From NCBI GenBank assembly GCA_951406725.2, contig OX597817.1:42470001-42534000 (forward strand): DNA of 64,000 bases. The letters run 5' to 3'. Position 1 is the first letter of the stretch, and each line of letters opens with the position of its first letter. The notes under the pieces were generated by a model. That model saw only the letters and a program-made list of their open reading frames with translations. It did no database searches and was not told where the DNA came from. Shown here in pieces: positions 25,935-39,112 of this stretch. The position numbers and the translations under genes are program-made. This stretch comes from Octopus vulgaris (taxonomy: Eukaryota).

Positions 25935-26273
25935 TGGAAATTGTAGTTAAGATACCCATGCCGATGACACGTAAAAGCACCGTCCGAATGTGGCTGATGC
26001 CAGCGCCCCCTGACTGGCATCCATGTCGGTGACATGTAAAAGCGTCAACCGATCATGGCCGTTTACCAGCCTCCTCTGGCCCCTGTACTGGTGGCACGTA
26101 AAAAGCACCCACTACACTCACGGAGTGGTTGGCATTAGGAAGGGCATCCAGCTGTAGAAACACTACCAGATCAGACTGGAGCCTGGTGCAGCCTCCTGGC
26201 TTCCCAGACCCCGGTCGAACCGTCCAACCCATGCTAGCATGGAAAACGGACGTTAAACGATGATGATGATGAT
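25935..26273 (+). mobile_element. Family R repeat
   Basis: Close match to 1-285. Confidence 0.85.
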
Positions 26274-26567
26274 ATGGGTAAGAAACAAAATTCAATCATA
26301 TAATGAATGGCATAAGACCATTACTACCCTTAATATAGAAATATTCTCATCTGAGATACATCTGGAAATAAAGCAATAAATGATTATTAGAGATGAAACT
26401 AATCAAAACATAATGTTGATGTAATTATTGTAGATACACACATGGGCGTAACCAGGATTGTGACCAGAAAGAGTGTGGTTTCAACAACTAAAATAGCTGC
26501 ACTTTTAACAGCCATCTAATTTGCACAAAACTTACAAAAATAAATGAATTTTAGGTTAGTTAAAATA

Positions 26568-26939
26568 TGTTTGTGACATATTTTAACTTCTAAAGGCAAA
26601 TTCACTGCAGTTACCATGGGGGAAAAAGGAATCTGTCTTATGGCAAAAGGGGTAAAAATATATCTACCCTCTAGCAGATACCCAGATGTACATTTCTGGC
26701 TCTTTCTCCTTCCTCAATGGGAAATGCTGAAGAGAGATAACCCCGGGCAGATTCATAACTATAGCTTCTGGGCAGATTCATAACTATAGCTTTAACTGAA
26801 AGCCTTAGTGTCTGGGAATCCACTAGAGGGAAGCACTGGGGAGATAAGGTATTTTTACACTTTTCACCATAAGAGAGAATTTTTCTGCCATGGTAACTGC
26901 AGTGAATTTACATTTAGAAGTTAAAATATGTCACAAACA
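26568..26939. repeat. Foldback inverted repeat, ~100-bp arms
   Basis: TGTTTGTGACATATTTTAACTTCTAAA..AAATTCACTGCAGTTACCATGG mirrored at about 26845-26939. Confidence 0.85.
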
Positions 26940-29900
26940 GCTGGTAAGTTTGTTAACACATACTACATTAAATATGTTAATATTATTTAGCTATTGTTTT
27001 CCTCGTGGATGATGATCTGAGTAAAGTCTATACTTTGCTAAAAAGTCTAATAAGACTGAAACATGCCAAGATTTTTCTCCCATGCTTGCTGGGATAATTA
27101 AGATAAAACAGGTAATTCACTACCATTATCTTTTCCTTGCCACATAATTATTTCTAGTTAACTTTTTAATGCTCTCTTCTTTAAATATATTATCACTGAC
27201 TTAACCATATTGTTGTTTTACCCAAGTCATCCTTGTTTGAATAGACCTATGATCAAAGACATTCCAGTCGTGACTACTCCATCGTTCTTCCAGATATGGT
27301 ACACTCATAGCTATATCATATGATTCTTCTTTTTTCTTTTCATGACAGTGAAGTGTAATTTTAGGGAGATAATGGCTCCTATTTCTTGCTGAATAAGCAA
27401 TTACATAGAAACTCCTTCAATGACTCTTCTAACTAACTATCGATCTCTTTTAGTAACCTTTTATGACATGCAGAGGAAACATTGAGTATCCTTTGATATA
27501 CCTGTCTCTACACAGCACTAGAACAATACAAAATGAAGTGTTTTGCTCAAGAATACAAAATGCTGCCTGGTCTGGGAAATGAACCCATGATCTGACAATT
27601 GTGTGTGCAAAATCCAAACCACTAGAGCACATACCATCACTTCAAAAAGAAGTAAATCATTTTGCCATGTGGAAGAGAAGTTTAACATTTCAGGCAGAAT
27701 CCTGAACCAAAGAGAAGATCAACAGTTTATTTAATGATACAGTACTGATGTTGTTACATATGTTATGGATATAAAACACTACTGATACATACAATTATTG
27801 TTACATAATAGATTACTGATAATGGTATTGATATGCGATATGTTACTGATATCAGTGTTGATCTATGAAATGCCACAGTATGTCTCCTTTGCCATAACTA
27901 GAGCATTTAAACTATATCACACACACGAAAAAATATTTGATATGAAGTATGAGAACTTCATGGAAATATTACATCATGGTAATTGCCTGCCTTCTATAAC
28001 ATAAAAAAATAACTGTGACATGAACACTTTAGAAACAAGATGTTGAAACAGCAATTTGTGCTTTGGAGAATACATAAATATGCTAAGTATACAACATAGT
28101 CATCATATATGCTGATGTCCAAAATTACTAAACAGTATTGAAATAGTTTGTGTGTTATGTCATAATATATAAGCCATGTCACTCATACGATATATTTTAT
28201 AACCAAATAGTTGGAAACTCTCGCCGCATCAAGCTAATTATTGAAAGCAGATAACATTTAAAGCTACCCACTTTTATGACCAAAGTACAGCATCAATACC
28301 AAGTTACTAAGTTGCCATATTAATTCAGATGTCATTAGATGATTTTAAAACTTGTAAAAGAGTATTTATTCATGTTTCCATGTTTTAAAATCATGAAACA
28401 AAAATAATGGCTGCCACTGTAATTAATGATTCCTTAATATCTGCTTTTCTCTAAACTAACTCTCTAAAACCCATATTACTGTTTAGAACTGACAGCTATA
28501 ACAAACTGGCATGGTTCAGCGGTCTAACAGATACATCAAATGGATGTAGTTCTATAGACAAGAGTTTTACTTTACATCTACTCTGTTCTAAGTTCAATCC
28601 CTCTGAGTGTCATCAAAAGCAAGGGTTTTCTGTTGTGGCCTCAGGTTTAACTATTCCTTGTGAATGAAATTTGGTTGATAGTAGATTATGTAGAAGCTTT
28701 TCAAAAGAACCATTTCTGTTTTTAAACAGTAGGCTTAAAGTTTAATCCATCATTTAGTTTAGCATCACCATTTCTTTCTTTCTTTTTTGCAAGGTACTTG
28801 TTAACCTTGTTGGTGCTAGTGCCATGTAAAAAGCACCAGTGCTGGGGCCATATAAAAAACACTTGTGCTGGTGCCACATAAAAAGCACCCAGTACACTCT
28901 GTAAAGTGGCTGATGTTAGGAAGGTCATCCATCCATCCATTATCTCTGTCCACTATTTCTGGCAGGGACATTGAGGGTAGAGTCTTCAGTAGGGTCCTGC
29001 TGGATTCTCAAGTGTGACTAAATGAGACTATGGATATTGATCAATCATTTCATTCTTGGTCTACCCCCAAGGTTTTCTGCCAGTTGGCTTGGCTTGAAGA
29101 ATCTATTCGGCTGTAGAAACTATTCCAAAAGAGATACCAGAACCTGGTACAGCTCCTGACCTTGCCAGCTCCTGTCAAACCATCCAACCCATGCATTGGG
29201 TTGGGCTTTAAAGCAGGAGGAAGATCTGGCCTATGGATGCTTTTACTGAGGCCTATTTGTAAAATTAACATGCAAGTGGCTGAGCATTCCACAGATACAT
29301 GTACTCTTGATGTAGTTCTCAAAGAGATTCAACATGATACAGAATGTGTGAAGGCTGGCCCTTTGAAATACAGGCACTACTCATTTTTGCCAGATGAGTG
29401 GAATGGAGCACCATGAAATAAAGTGTCTTGCGCAAGGACACAAGGCATCAAACTCATGATCTTACAAGTCTGAGCCAAATGCTCTAACCATGAAGCCACA
29501 CACCTTCTCCAGATACACCATAATTGTTCTAATAATTATGCAAACCACCTTCAATGCTAACAATCTTTTTGACGAGCAATGAGTTTCAGCAATCCTTTGA
29601 ATCTTGTCAATATGGAGGATATCTTTAAGACCTTTTGTGGCCTGAGATGCTATAGATGATAGATGCCTTTTATTTAGCAATTTAAATGTGGACAAGAGCC
29701 TGGCTGGGTGCTTCACAACTATGAAGTCTTGGGTTTGAATCCATTACATGGCATCTTGAGCAAATGTCTTTATCATAACCTCAGTTTAACCAATACTTTG
29801 TAAGTGAAATTTAGTAGATAGAAACTGAAAGGAAGTCTATCAAAGGATCCAGCCTTCCATTATCTCTGTTCACTATTTCTGGGAGGGACTTTGGGGGTAG

Positions 29901-29996
29901 AGTCTTCAGGTACTTCTTCAGTAGGGTCCTATCAGAAGCAGCCATCATTATATTTTCCTGCTGGATTCTCAAGTGTGACTAACTGAGACTATGGAT

Positions 29997-30393
29997 ACTC
30001 TTTTAGTTGTTTCAGTCATTTGACTGTTGCCATGCTGGAGCACCACCTTTAGTCGAGCAAATCGACCCCAGGACTTATTCTTTGTAAGCCTAGTACTTAT
30101 TCTATCAGTCTCTTTTGCCAAACCACTAAGTTACAGGGATGTAAACACACCAGCATTGGTTATCAAGTGATGTTGGGGGGACAAACACAGACACACAAAC
30201 ATATACACACACATACATATATATATACATATATACAACAGGCTTCTTTCAGTTTCCGTCTACCAAATCCACTCACAAGGCTTTGGTCAACCCGAGGCAA
30301 TAGTAGAAGACACTGGCCCAAGGTGCCACGCAGTGGGACTGAACCCGGAACCATGTGGCTTATAAGCAAGCTACTTACCACACAGCCACTCCT
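29997..30393 (-). mobile_element. SINE family A, full length
   Basis: Consensus match; interrupts the second copy of a local duplication. Confidence 0.9.
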
Positions 30394-31028
30394 ATCATTT
30401 CATTCTTGATCTACCCCCAAAGTTTTCTGTCAGTTGGCTTGGCTTGAAGAATCTATTTTGTGATTCTTTCCCATCACATTTTAATCATATGTTCATCATA
30501 CCAGAGCTGTGACCCCTCAATGCAAGTGAGTAACAACTCAACCTGGGGAGACTCCCTAATCTCCCTGATTATTCAAAGGTCCATCCTTGTCGCATATTGT
30601 GCCATTTTGGTTTCACTTGAGAATTACATTAAAAGCATACTTGTCTGTGAAATACTCACCCACATATGCTACTACCCCCATCATCAACATTATCATTATC
30701 ATCATTAATTAAATGAGTCAGACATTTATTGATTGAACAACTGAGCTCATTGTCAAAATCAGTTGAGGTTTTATCAGTTTATTTTAACCAACTCATCTTG
30801 CCAGTTTCTCGGGGATATAGAGATCAAATCTAGACTGTAGCAGAAAGCTTGTCTTAAGTTCATGTTCAGAGCCATACAAGCAGACTTAAGCAAGCATGGG
30901 CATTGCTTGATCTGCCACTGTCAGCAGTGAATCGAGATTCATTATACAGCTTTCATTGCATATTCCATGTGATATTCAAGGAATGTGAATTTCATTGCAA
31001 CAAAAATTTCAAAGCTAAAATCCTATTA

Positions 31029-31255
31029 TACAAAGGGGTGCTGAGAAGTTCCTGGCTTTGGGTGAAGGAAAAAAAAGAAGTACCAGGGGATCAGTTGGTT
31101 ATGATTCTATTCAACATGTTCCCTTATAGATTCACACACATATTACAGTGGTCCTTCAATTTTTCTAAGCCCTTTAAAAATCTCAGAAGATTAAACCACC
31201 AACCAGGCTTTTCATGATACCCTTAAAGCCAAGAACTTTTCAGAACCCTCTCATA
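31029..31255 (-). mobile_element. Mariner-derived MITE (family M)
   Basis: TA-flanked TIRs matching 12038-12233. Confidence 0.85.
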
Positions 31256-31992
31256 CTGCTTGATCTTGTTCTAAGCCATGGACATTAATCTTTCCTGGGC
31301 ATGGATAGAGATGGATTAGAGCATACATAACTAGTAGAAGTCTTATAGCCAAAATTTATTTCTGGGGTCAATCATGCTTTGTTTGGTTCTTGTTTTTGTT
31401 ATTTTTCAACTTTGAAGGATGAATAATTTTCAGTTAAAAGACTCTTACAGGGTCAAGAAATTAAATCACTAAAACAAGTATACATTCATTGGTTTTTAAG
31501 AAAGGTATTCATTTAAGACAAACAACGCATTGATTCATACAACTATATTTAAAAAGTGTTGTTCGTGTTAATTCTCCATTAAATCTTTAGGCTAGAAAGC
31601 TGACATTTTATCTGAAAACGTTCTCCACTTATCTATTTTTCACTAAGGTTTCCTGGCAAGTAGTGAAATTCATCTGTATTGACAGCAAATCATTTTCATA
31701 ATTTGTTGTAAACACAAATGAATTGCATTCTCTGCTAGAAAATAAAGAAAAAATAATATTAAAAAATTACATAATTATATAAAAAAAGTGGTGATCAGCT
31801 TATGAAATAAACATTTTCTGTTTATATAATTTTCTGTTATATATAATGGGAGATGGCTACCAAATAGTCTCTCTTAACTCTTTCAAAACCAACCCCCATG
31901 AGACACCTCCTGGTTCATTGATACAAAATTTCTCCTTTTAAGCTGTTCACATTAAAATTAAAACTGACAATCATTTATATATATATATATAA

Positions 31993-32372
31993 GCCAAGTG
32001 AGACCATAATCTGTGGCCTACTTATGTGTACATTTCCTTCATTTGACACTAAACTCTGCTTGCAAAGACCTGTTGAGGCAAGTGAAATCAAATCGAATCA
32101 AATTCGATGACTGGCACTCATGCCAGTGGAGTGCTGAGAGCACCATCCAACCATAATTATTGCCAGAGCAGCTGACTGGCTTCCTTGCCGGTAGCACGTA
32201 AAAGCACCCATGACACTCTCGGAGTGGTTGGCATTAGGAAGGGCATCCAGCTGTAGAAACTCTGCCAGATGAGATTGGAGCCTGGTGCAGCCATCTGGTT
32301 CACCAGACCTCAGTCAAATCATCCAATCCATGCTAGCATGGAAAGCGGGCGTTAAACGATGAAGATGATGAT
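31993..32372 (+). mobile_element. Family R repeat including 5' region
   Basis: GACACTAAACTCTGCTTGCRAAGACCTGTT..GGCAAGTGAAATC shared with 60735-61315. Confidence 0.8.
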
Positions 32373-33022
32373 TTATGATATATATGATAGCCATCCACTC
32401 ATGACCAAGGATGACCATTGTGACCTTCAGGAACATTGTGGACTCTAGGATATAGAAAAAAAAAGCAGCACATATTTAGCAGAGGTCAGCAATGCTTGAG
32501 CAGAGTTTTAGGTCCAATAAAGTTTTAGGTCCAATAAGGCTTCCATGACACTTCATAGACCCTTCCACTCTATTAACATTATCCAGAAACAAGCCATAAC
32601 AAGATGTCTGGTGCCAATATGAGTCGCAGGCTCAGTGATATGGGAGCGCCATGATCTCTAGCACAAACCAAAGATCACCAAAATGTCCAATACCATTCCC
32701 TGCATATCTGGGTTTTATAGAGACATGCTTCAACAGAAGCTGAGGGGTGCCTCCCTCCCACTGGTCTTCGAGCATGCTGAACACCATCCCAAAATTTCTG
32801 CATAACAATGGTATTACTAGATAGCCGTTGAGCTATATATATATATATCTGTAATACATGTGACAATTATTCGGTTGCCATAATAAAACTCCAAGTTTCA
32901 GATGTTGGGGCAGAAATCTGCTCCAGCATCTCGTGAGTTATTAGGTGCATGCATGGACTAACCAAATCCTTGTGAGTGGATTTAGTAGATGAAAACTGAA
33001 AGAATCCCATTGTGTATATGTG

Positions 33023-33059
<37 letters not shown>

Positions 33060-34977
33060 TTGAGTAGTTGAATGAATTATCTTATTATGGATAATTCGGA
33101 GTGGTGGTGTTAACCGATACCTGGGTAGCAAATTCACATCAGAAAAACACGGTTGAAGCTACATGCCAAGGGCTGAGATCACGTGCTTTCGTGTGGAAAT
33201 TTGTGTGTTTTTTTAAATACAAATAAATTAAAGAATTCATTTATTTATATTTATATTTCATTTATTTATATATATATATGCATGAAGGCGCATGGCCCAG
33301 TGGTTAGAGCATAGAGCTTACAATTGTGAGGTTGTGAGTTCAAATCCCAGACTGCACTGCGTGTTTTGTTCTTGAGCAAGACACTTTATTTCACATTGCT
33401 CCAGTTCACTCAGCTGTAGAAATGTGTTGCAATGTCACAGGTACCAAGCAGTATCAGCCTTTCCCTTTCCCTTGGAGAACACTTGTGGCATGGAGAGGGG
33501 AGACCGGTATGCATGGGCAACTGCTGGTCTCCCATAAACAAACTTGCCCGGACTTGTGCCTGGGAGTTTAATGTTCTAGGTGCAATCCCACAGTCAGTCA
33601 TGACCGAAGGGGGTCTCAGCATATATATATATATATATTTGTGTGTGCATAATAATGTCTGTCTTTGTCCCCAACTGCCTCTTGACAACTGGTGTTGGTG
33701 TGTTTATGCCCCCTTAACTTAGTGGTTCAGCAAAAGACACTGATAGAAAAAGTAGCAGGTTTAGCAAAAACAAATAAATACTAGGGTCGATTCATTCATT
33801 CAAAAGTTCTTCAAGGTGGAGCTCCAGCATGGCCACAACCCAATGACTGAGACAAGTAAAAGACAAATGACGAAAGATATAAGAACATCTTGTTAAGCTA
33901 TATTCAAGAAAACCATCTTAATAAATAAATTATATATTTTACTAAAATACTACAATTTTTAAAATAATATTTAGAATTAATTGAAACACATAAGCAGTGC
34001 ATTTCATTAAAATTATGGTCATGGAAGGTTTCCCAAGAAATGAAAAAGAAATATGAAGTACTCTACCATGTCTTGGCTTCATGGTGGGAGGTCTCTTTTG
34101 TGGGTTGTCTGTCAGTTGATTTGTTGGCTAATGGAGTTTAACAGTTTTAAAAAACAAAAAAATTGGTAATTCATTCGTCTCTGTCACAAGATGAAACATG
34201 TAATTAAAAACATTATGACAGACTTGATAACATACATCATTGCTCATCTTATAATTGATTTTAATAAAGATAATCAACTCTTGAAATCTGTCCGAAACAG
34301 TTCATTCCAAGTGGATGTCTGCGGATGTTTTGTGCATATTAGTTCAGTTCTGAATGTGTGTATGTGTATGTGTGAATGTGTGTATATATGTGCAAGCATG
34401 CGTCTGTGTGTCCGTGTGTGTGTGTGTGTGAGATGGAGTCTGGAATTATGCACTTGACTTTGTTAACATGATATTGATTTGCAACATTCTTAAATTGGTA
34501 GACAGCCATGAATTTATTGAAATGTAGCAAATTGAATTAATTCTCAGTATATTATGAAAAATTATTTATAAACCCCAGGAGAATAAAAGGTAAATTTAGC
34601 CCCAGAGGATTTGAACCCAGTATCTAAAAGACGTAATTAAATAATGTCTGATGTTCTTGTAATTCTAATATTAATTACCCTTGTCTGTAGGAATAGTATT
34701 GATTTTTAACATAGCCACTAGACTTCAAATTTACAGGAGGGTATATAGTCAATTAAATCAACCCCAGTACTTCACTGGCAGTTGTTCTATCTACCCTAGG
34801 AAGAATGACAGACAAAGTCAATGATAGCAGGATTTTAACTCAGAATATATATAAAGACATGGAAGGAGAGCATTGTAATTGGCTGGAAACATTGTGATAC
34901 AGATGTAAGAATAACAAATGGTGCAGACAGAGAGCTTCATACAATTCTTTTGCAATGTAAGGGTACAGGATAAGTAA

Positions 34978-35017
34978 TCTTTAGATATTTCAGGCACAAA
35001 GGACCATCTTCAGAAGT
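34978..35017 (-). ncRNA. Possible degenerate hammerhead motif
   Basis: CTT-CTGAAGA-TGG..CCT-GAAA-TATC-TA-AAG; stem II weak. Confidence 0.4.
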
Positions 35018-35055
35018 GAACGGCTTAACCCTTTTGTTAATATATTTCTAACTAA

Positions 35056-35535
35056 AGGCAGTGAGTTGGCAGAATCATTAGCACACTGGGCGAAATGCTT
35101 AGCAGTATTTTCTCAGCCATTATGTTCTGAGTTCAAATTCTGCCAAGGTCAACTTTGCCTTTTGTCCTTTCAGGGTCTATTAAATAAGTACCAGTTACGC
35201 ACTGGGGTTGATATAATCGACTTAATCCGTTTGTCTGTCCTTGTTTGTCCCCTCTATGTTTAGCCCCTTGTGGGCAGTAAAGAAATAAATATATTTCTAA
35301 CTAAAGACATCGAGCTGGCAGAATCATTAGCATGCCGGGCGAAATGCTTAGCAGTATTTTCTCTGCTATTACATTCTGAGTTCAAATTCTGCCAAGGTCA
35401 ACTTTGCCTTTCGTCCTTTTGGAATCAATTTAAATAAGTGCTAGTTATGCACTGGGGTCGATGTAATTGACTTAATCTCTTTGTCCTTGTTTGTCCCTTC
35501 TTTGTTTAGCCCCCTGTGGGCAAAAAAGAAATAAA
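35056..35535 (+). mobile_element. Two tandem family B SINEs
   Basis: Copies at 35056-35289 and 35305-35535, flanked and separated by TATATT(T/A)CTAACTAA. Confidence 0.9.
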
Positions 35536-36164
35536 TATATTACTAACTAAAATAAACTCCTTATGTGTTTTAATTAAATTCTAAAATAATCATGTATTTA
35601 GACTGATTTAATAAAGCAACTCTCTTTATTTGTCACCATATTAATGTGATTTTTAGATCACAATTTACAAAAGGTTCTTCACCAAATCTGTTTCGTAGTT
35701 TTAGTTTCAAAGCAAATCTAATTATAGGTAAACACATGTAAATTAAACAAAATATGAAACTATTTCAATTTTATTTAAATATCAGCATAGAAAATGAGTT
35801 ATTAGCAAATATTTAATGAATATACAACAGAATTTTGAATAGCAAAGAATTGTGCAAATTACTGAATTATTTATCAGTTGAACTTAGAAATGTAAGTCTA
35901 TGTAAATTCTACCATGCTGATTGCTGTGCAGCTAGTGACACCACTTTCTCCATATAGGGGTAGCAGTGGCAAAAGACAAATGTAGCAACAACAGCTCCCT
36001 CAAAATAGAGTGGCCAATGTTTGTAGAAATCATTGCAGGGACAATGGTGGATGATTAGCTGTAGGTTGGCAGCAGAAGTGGTTAAGGTATGTGCCTACAT
36101 TGATAATGATGGCAGTGGTGGTAGAAACACATCTAAATGCCACAAATATCTTCTTTTTTTTCTC

Positions 36165-36562
36165 TAGTTTCAGCTCAGAGCTGTGGCCATGCTGATGCAC
36201 AGCCATTTTGCAACACTGTTATTACTAAGAGCCTCCTCTAATATGTGGCACTTGGTGAAGAATGGAGTTTGATATAGCTACCCTCATTTGCACCTCTTGC
36301 CGTGAGGTAGGTTCATCTGGGACTCTCGACAGGAAGAGGTCCAGCTTTGATTTAAAAACCCCTACATCTACTTTGTGCAAGTTCTTCAGACTCTTTGGGA
36401 GAATATTAAAAAGCTGTGGGCCCTTGAAACCCAGGCTGTTGCAGTAACTGGTCCTGAAGCATGATGGCAATGCTGGGACCTTTAGCACTATGCAGTGTTG
36501 TCCCGTTCTGGCATTGGTGTAGCTTTCAATGCCAAAATTTGGCAGAATTCCTTCCAGGATCT
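36165..36562 (-). mobile_element. CR1-group LINE 3' end
   Basis: NSLGFKGPQLFNILPKSLKNL..FKSKLDLFLSRVPDEP..SNSILHQ; tail CTGAAACTAGAGAAAAAA. Confidence 0.85.
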
Positions 36563-36898
36563 ATCTAACACTTTGCCATTTCTTTATAAGCATAATAATA
36601 AGTGGTAATAAGTAAGTCCTTCATTACAAACTATATTAAATTTCTGATTCCTCACCAAACTGTAGCCCCCTCCATTCCCAGTTTATAACAACAATATCAA
36701 CTTCTGCTTCTGATGAAACTGGTTGTTCCATGCTACGTTAAGTGAGCCACTTAAATTTACCCATCTCTCACTCTTATCCACAATGCCTCATTTCTTAGAT
36801 TCTGTATCAGAAGCTCAACCAATTCCTCCTTCCAAGAGTTTTACTTCTCTGATACTTTGTGAAGGCACATGGTCTAGTGGTTAAGGTGTTGCATTCAC

Positions 36899-37588
36899 TA
36901 GTGCTGGGTTAACCATTAAGCAAAATAACACGTTCTTAGGGCATCAAGAGAAGGAAGGCACCACAGAAATAGTAAATTGTTTACAGCACAAAAGAAATCA
37001 CTTTAAACTTACTAAAATAATTTTCAAAGTGGTTTATTTGGTCAGAAATATAATTCTGGAGTGTTCATGGTGTCATAGTGAGGATCTAGTCAAAGACTTT
37101 GCAATGAAAAAAATTGGAGAAAACGTTTAAAATATAAACTGGAAGTATACAAAAATAAGTGGAGACACATAGCCTGGTGGTTAGAGCAGCGGATTCATGG
37201 TCAAGGGATCATGGGTTCGAATCTCAGGCAATGTGTGAGTTTATGAGCGAAACACCTACGCTCCATACAGCTCCGGCAGAAGGTAAAGGCGAACTTCTGC
37301 TGACTCTTTCATCACAACTTTCTCTCACTCTTTCCTCTTGCATCTTGCAGCTCACCTGTGATGGACCGGCATCCCGTCCAGGTGGGGAATCTATAAACCA
37401 AGAAAACTGGGAAACCAGCCCTTATGAGCCAGGCATGGCTTGAGAAGGAACAAATAATACAAAAATAAACATTGAAAAATAAAAATTTATCTTATGGTTT
37501 ATTATTGTTTATATTTTGTATTATTCATATAAGGGACAACAAAATCTTTTAAGCAATTAGGGCCTTTACAGGTCTTAATCCAGCCCTG
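36899..37588. mobile_element. hAT-type non-autonomous element with 8-bp TSD
   Basis: GCATTCAC at 36891-36898 and 37589-37596; termini TAGTGCTGGGTTAA / TTAATCCAGCCCTG. Confidence 0.8.
37159..37455 (+). mobile_element. SINE family C nested in the hAT element
   Basis: tRNA head TAGCCTGGTGG..GGTTCGAATC; TSD TACAAAAATAA at 37148-37158 and 37458-37468. Confidence 0.85.
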
Positions 37589-38342
37589 GCATTCACAGTT
37601 ATAAGATTGTGGTTTTGATTCCCCAACTGGGCACCACATTATGTTCTTGAGCAAAATATTTCATTTCCCCTTGCTCCAGTTAATTCAGTTATAAATGAGT
37701 TCCAGCAATAGCTGGGAAATTAAATCAGTGGGGAACTGGCATCTCATTTGAGAGAAGAGGGAATGTTCTAATCTCAATCACTTATGTACCATGGAAACCA
37801 AGTTAAACTCCAGCTTTATGAGTCCTAGCACTAAGTCAAAGCAAATTTCCCCACAAATAATAATTATATGAAGTAATATTTTTAATTCAATACTTTTACA
37901 CTTTTACAGTCTCGTTCATAAAAGCTAGTAAATCATAAAACCGAGCAAATTACGTTCAAGATGCTTTCCTGGTTTCAAATGAATAAAAAATAATTAATCT
38001 AAACACAGAAACCAAAATTTAACGTAATTATAAAGTTAATGATAATCCTAAATAAATCACTCCAGCTCCTTTTTTCCTCCTCTTTTTTTTTTCTTTCTTC
38101 TGGTGTTTTCACAAATTAAATTAACCTTGAGAACACTAGTATTAAAAAGAAAGGAACGTTAAACAGATTATAAGCTTTTCTCAGATCCATTCAAAATCGT
38201 AGACAATGGAAGGGAGAATTACATCTGCTCTTAAGATGTGTGCAGTTTTAGAATTCTGCTAAAATTTCTATGAACTTCTTAATTCCAATCTAAACCAACA
38301 TCACTGTTTTCCAATTTCCTTTCTGAAGCTGCTTTTTTTTTA

Positions 38343-38432
<90 letters not shown>

Positions 38433-38739
38433 TTTGTCAAACAAGACAGCAGACTGCCTTTGCAGGTAGTTCTAAACTTATTCCTACAATCATTAATGGG
38501 TCTGAAGTAATCTTATCATTCTCAAACAAAACCTGACTATTTACTAAAAACTTTGCATTAAATTCCATGCTGGATAACTCTCGCCATTCTTTACCTGACT
38601 TTCACTCATTCTAACTCCTGTTTTATTTCTGACTTCAGAGAATCAATAATGAGAGCTTAATAAATATATAAAATATGTTATTCTGTCAAAAACAAATGGC
38701 CCTAAATCAAATCCCACAATGGTTTAAAAATAAAAATTC

Positions 38740-39110
38740 ATTTCCCTGATACATTCTCAATTCTAACAAAGATCTTCAATCATTGTCTTAAGATGTACTT
38801 CCCCAACTTACAGAAGAAGCCTGTAGTTTCCCTCCTTTTCAAAAACCCCAGTGACATTTCTCCCCTGTCTCATTATAGGCCCAATTAACTTATTAAGAAT
38901 CAAAAGCAATCTGTCTGAATCCTTCATTAACTAGCACATCATTAACCAGTTGAATAAAACTAATTGCGTTAATGACAAGCAATGATTGTTGCTCTTTCAT
39001 ACCCTCTGCAGACATATTCACAGCCATCACTCAGGATATGCAATAGACTCAACTGCAGCTTTGATGATTGTGTTATTACCTTAGATATCATTAAAGCATT
39101 CGATAATGTG
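38740..39110 (+). mobile_element. Decayed CR1/Jockey-group RT fragment
   Basis: LTKIFNHCLK..FP...VSLLFKNPSDIS..YRP and LDIIKAFDNV motifs. Confidence 0.65.
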
Positions 39111-39112
39111 CA

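Noticed and set aside
32400-32830. Host coding exon in a moderately GC-rich segment
   Set aside because: No sustained frame or paired splice sites; probably a decayed retroelement piece that I cannot classify.
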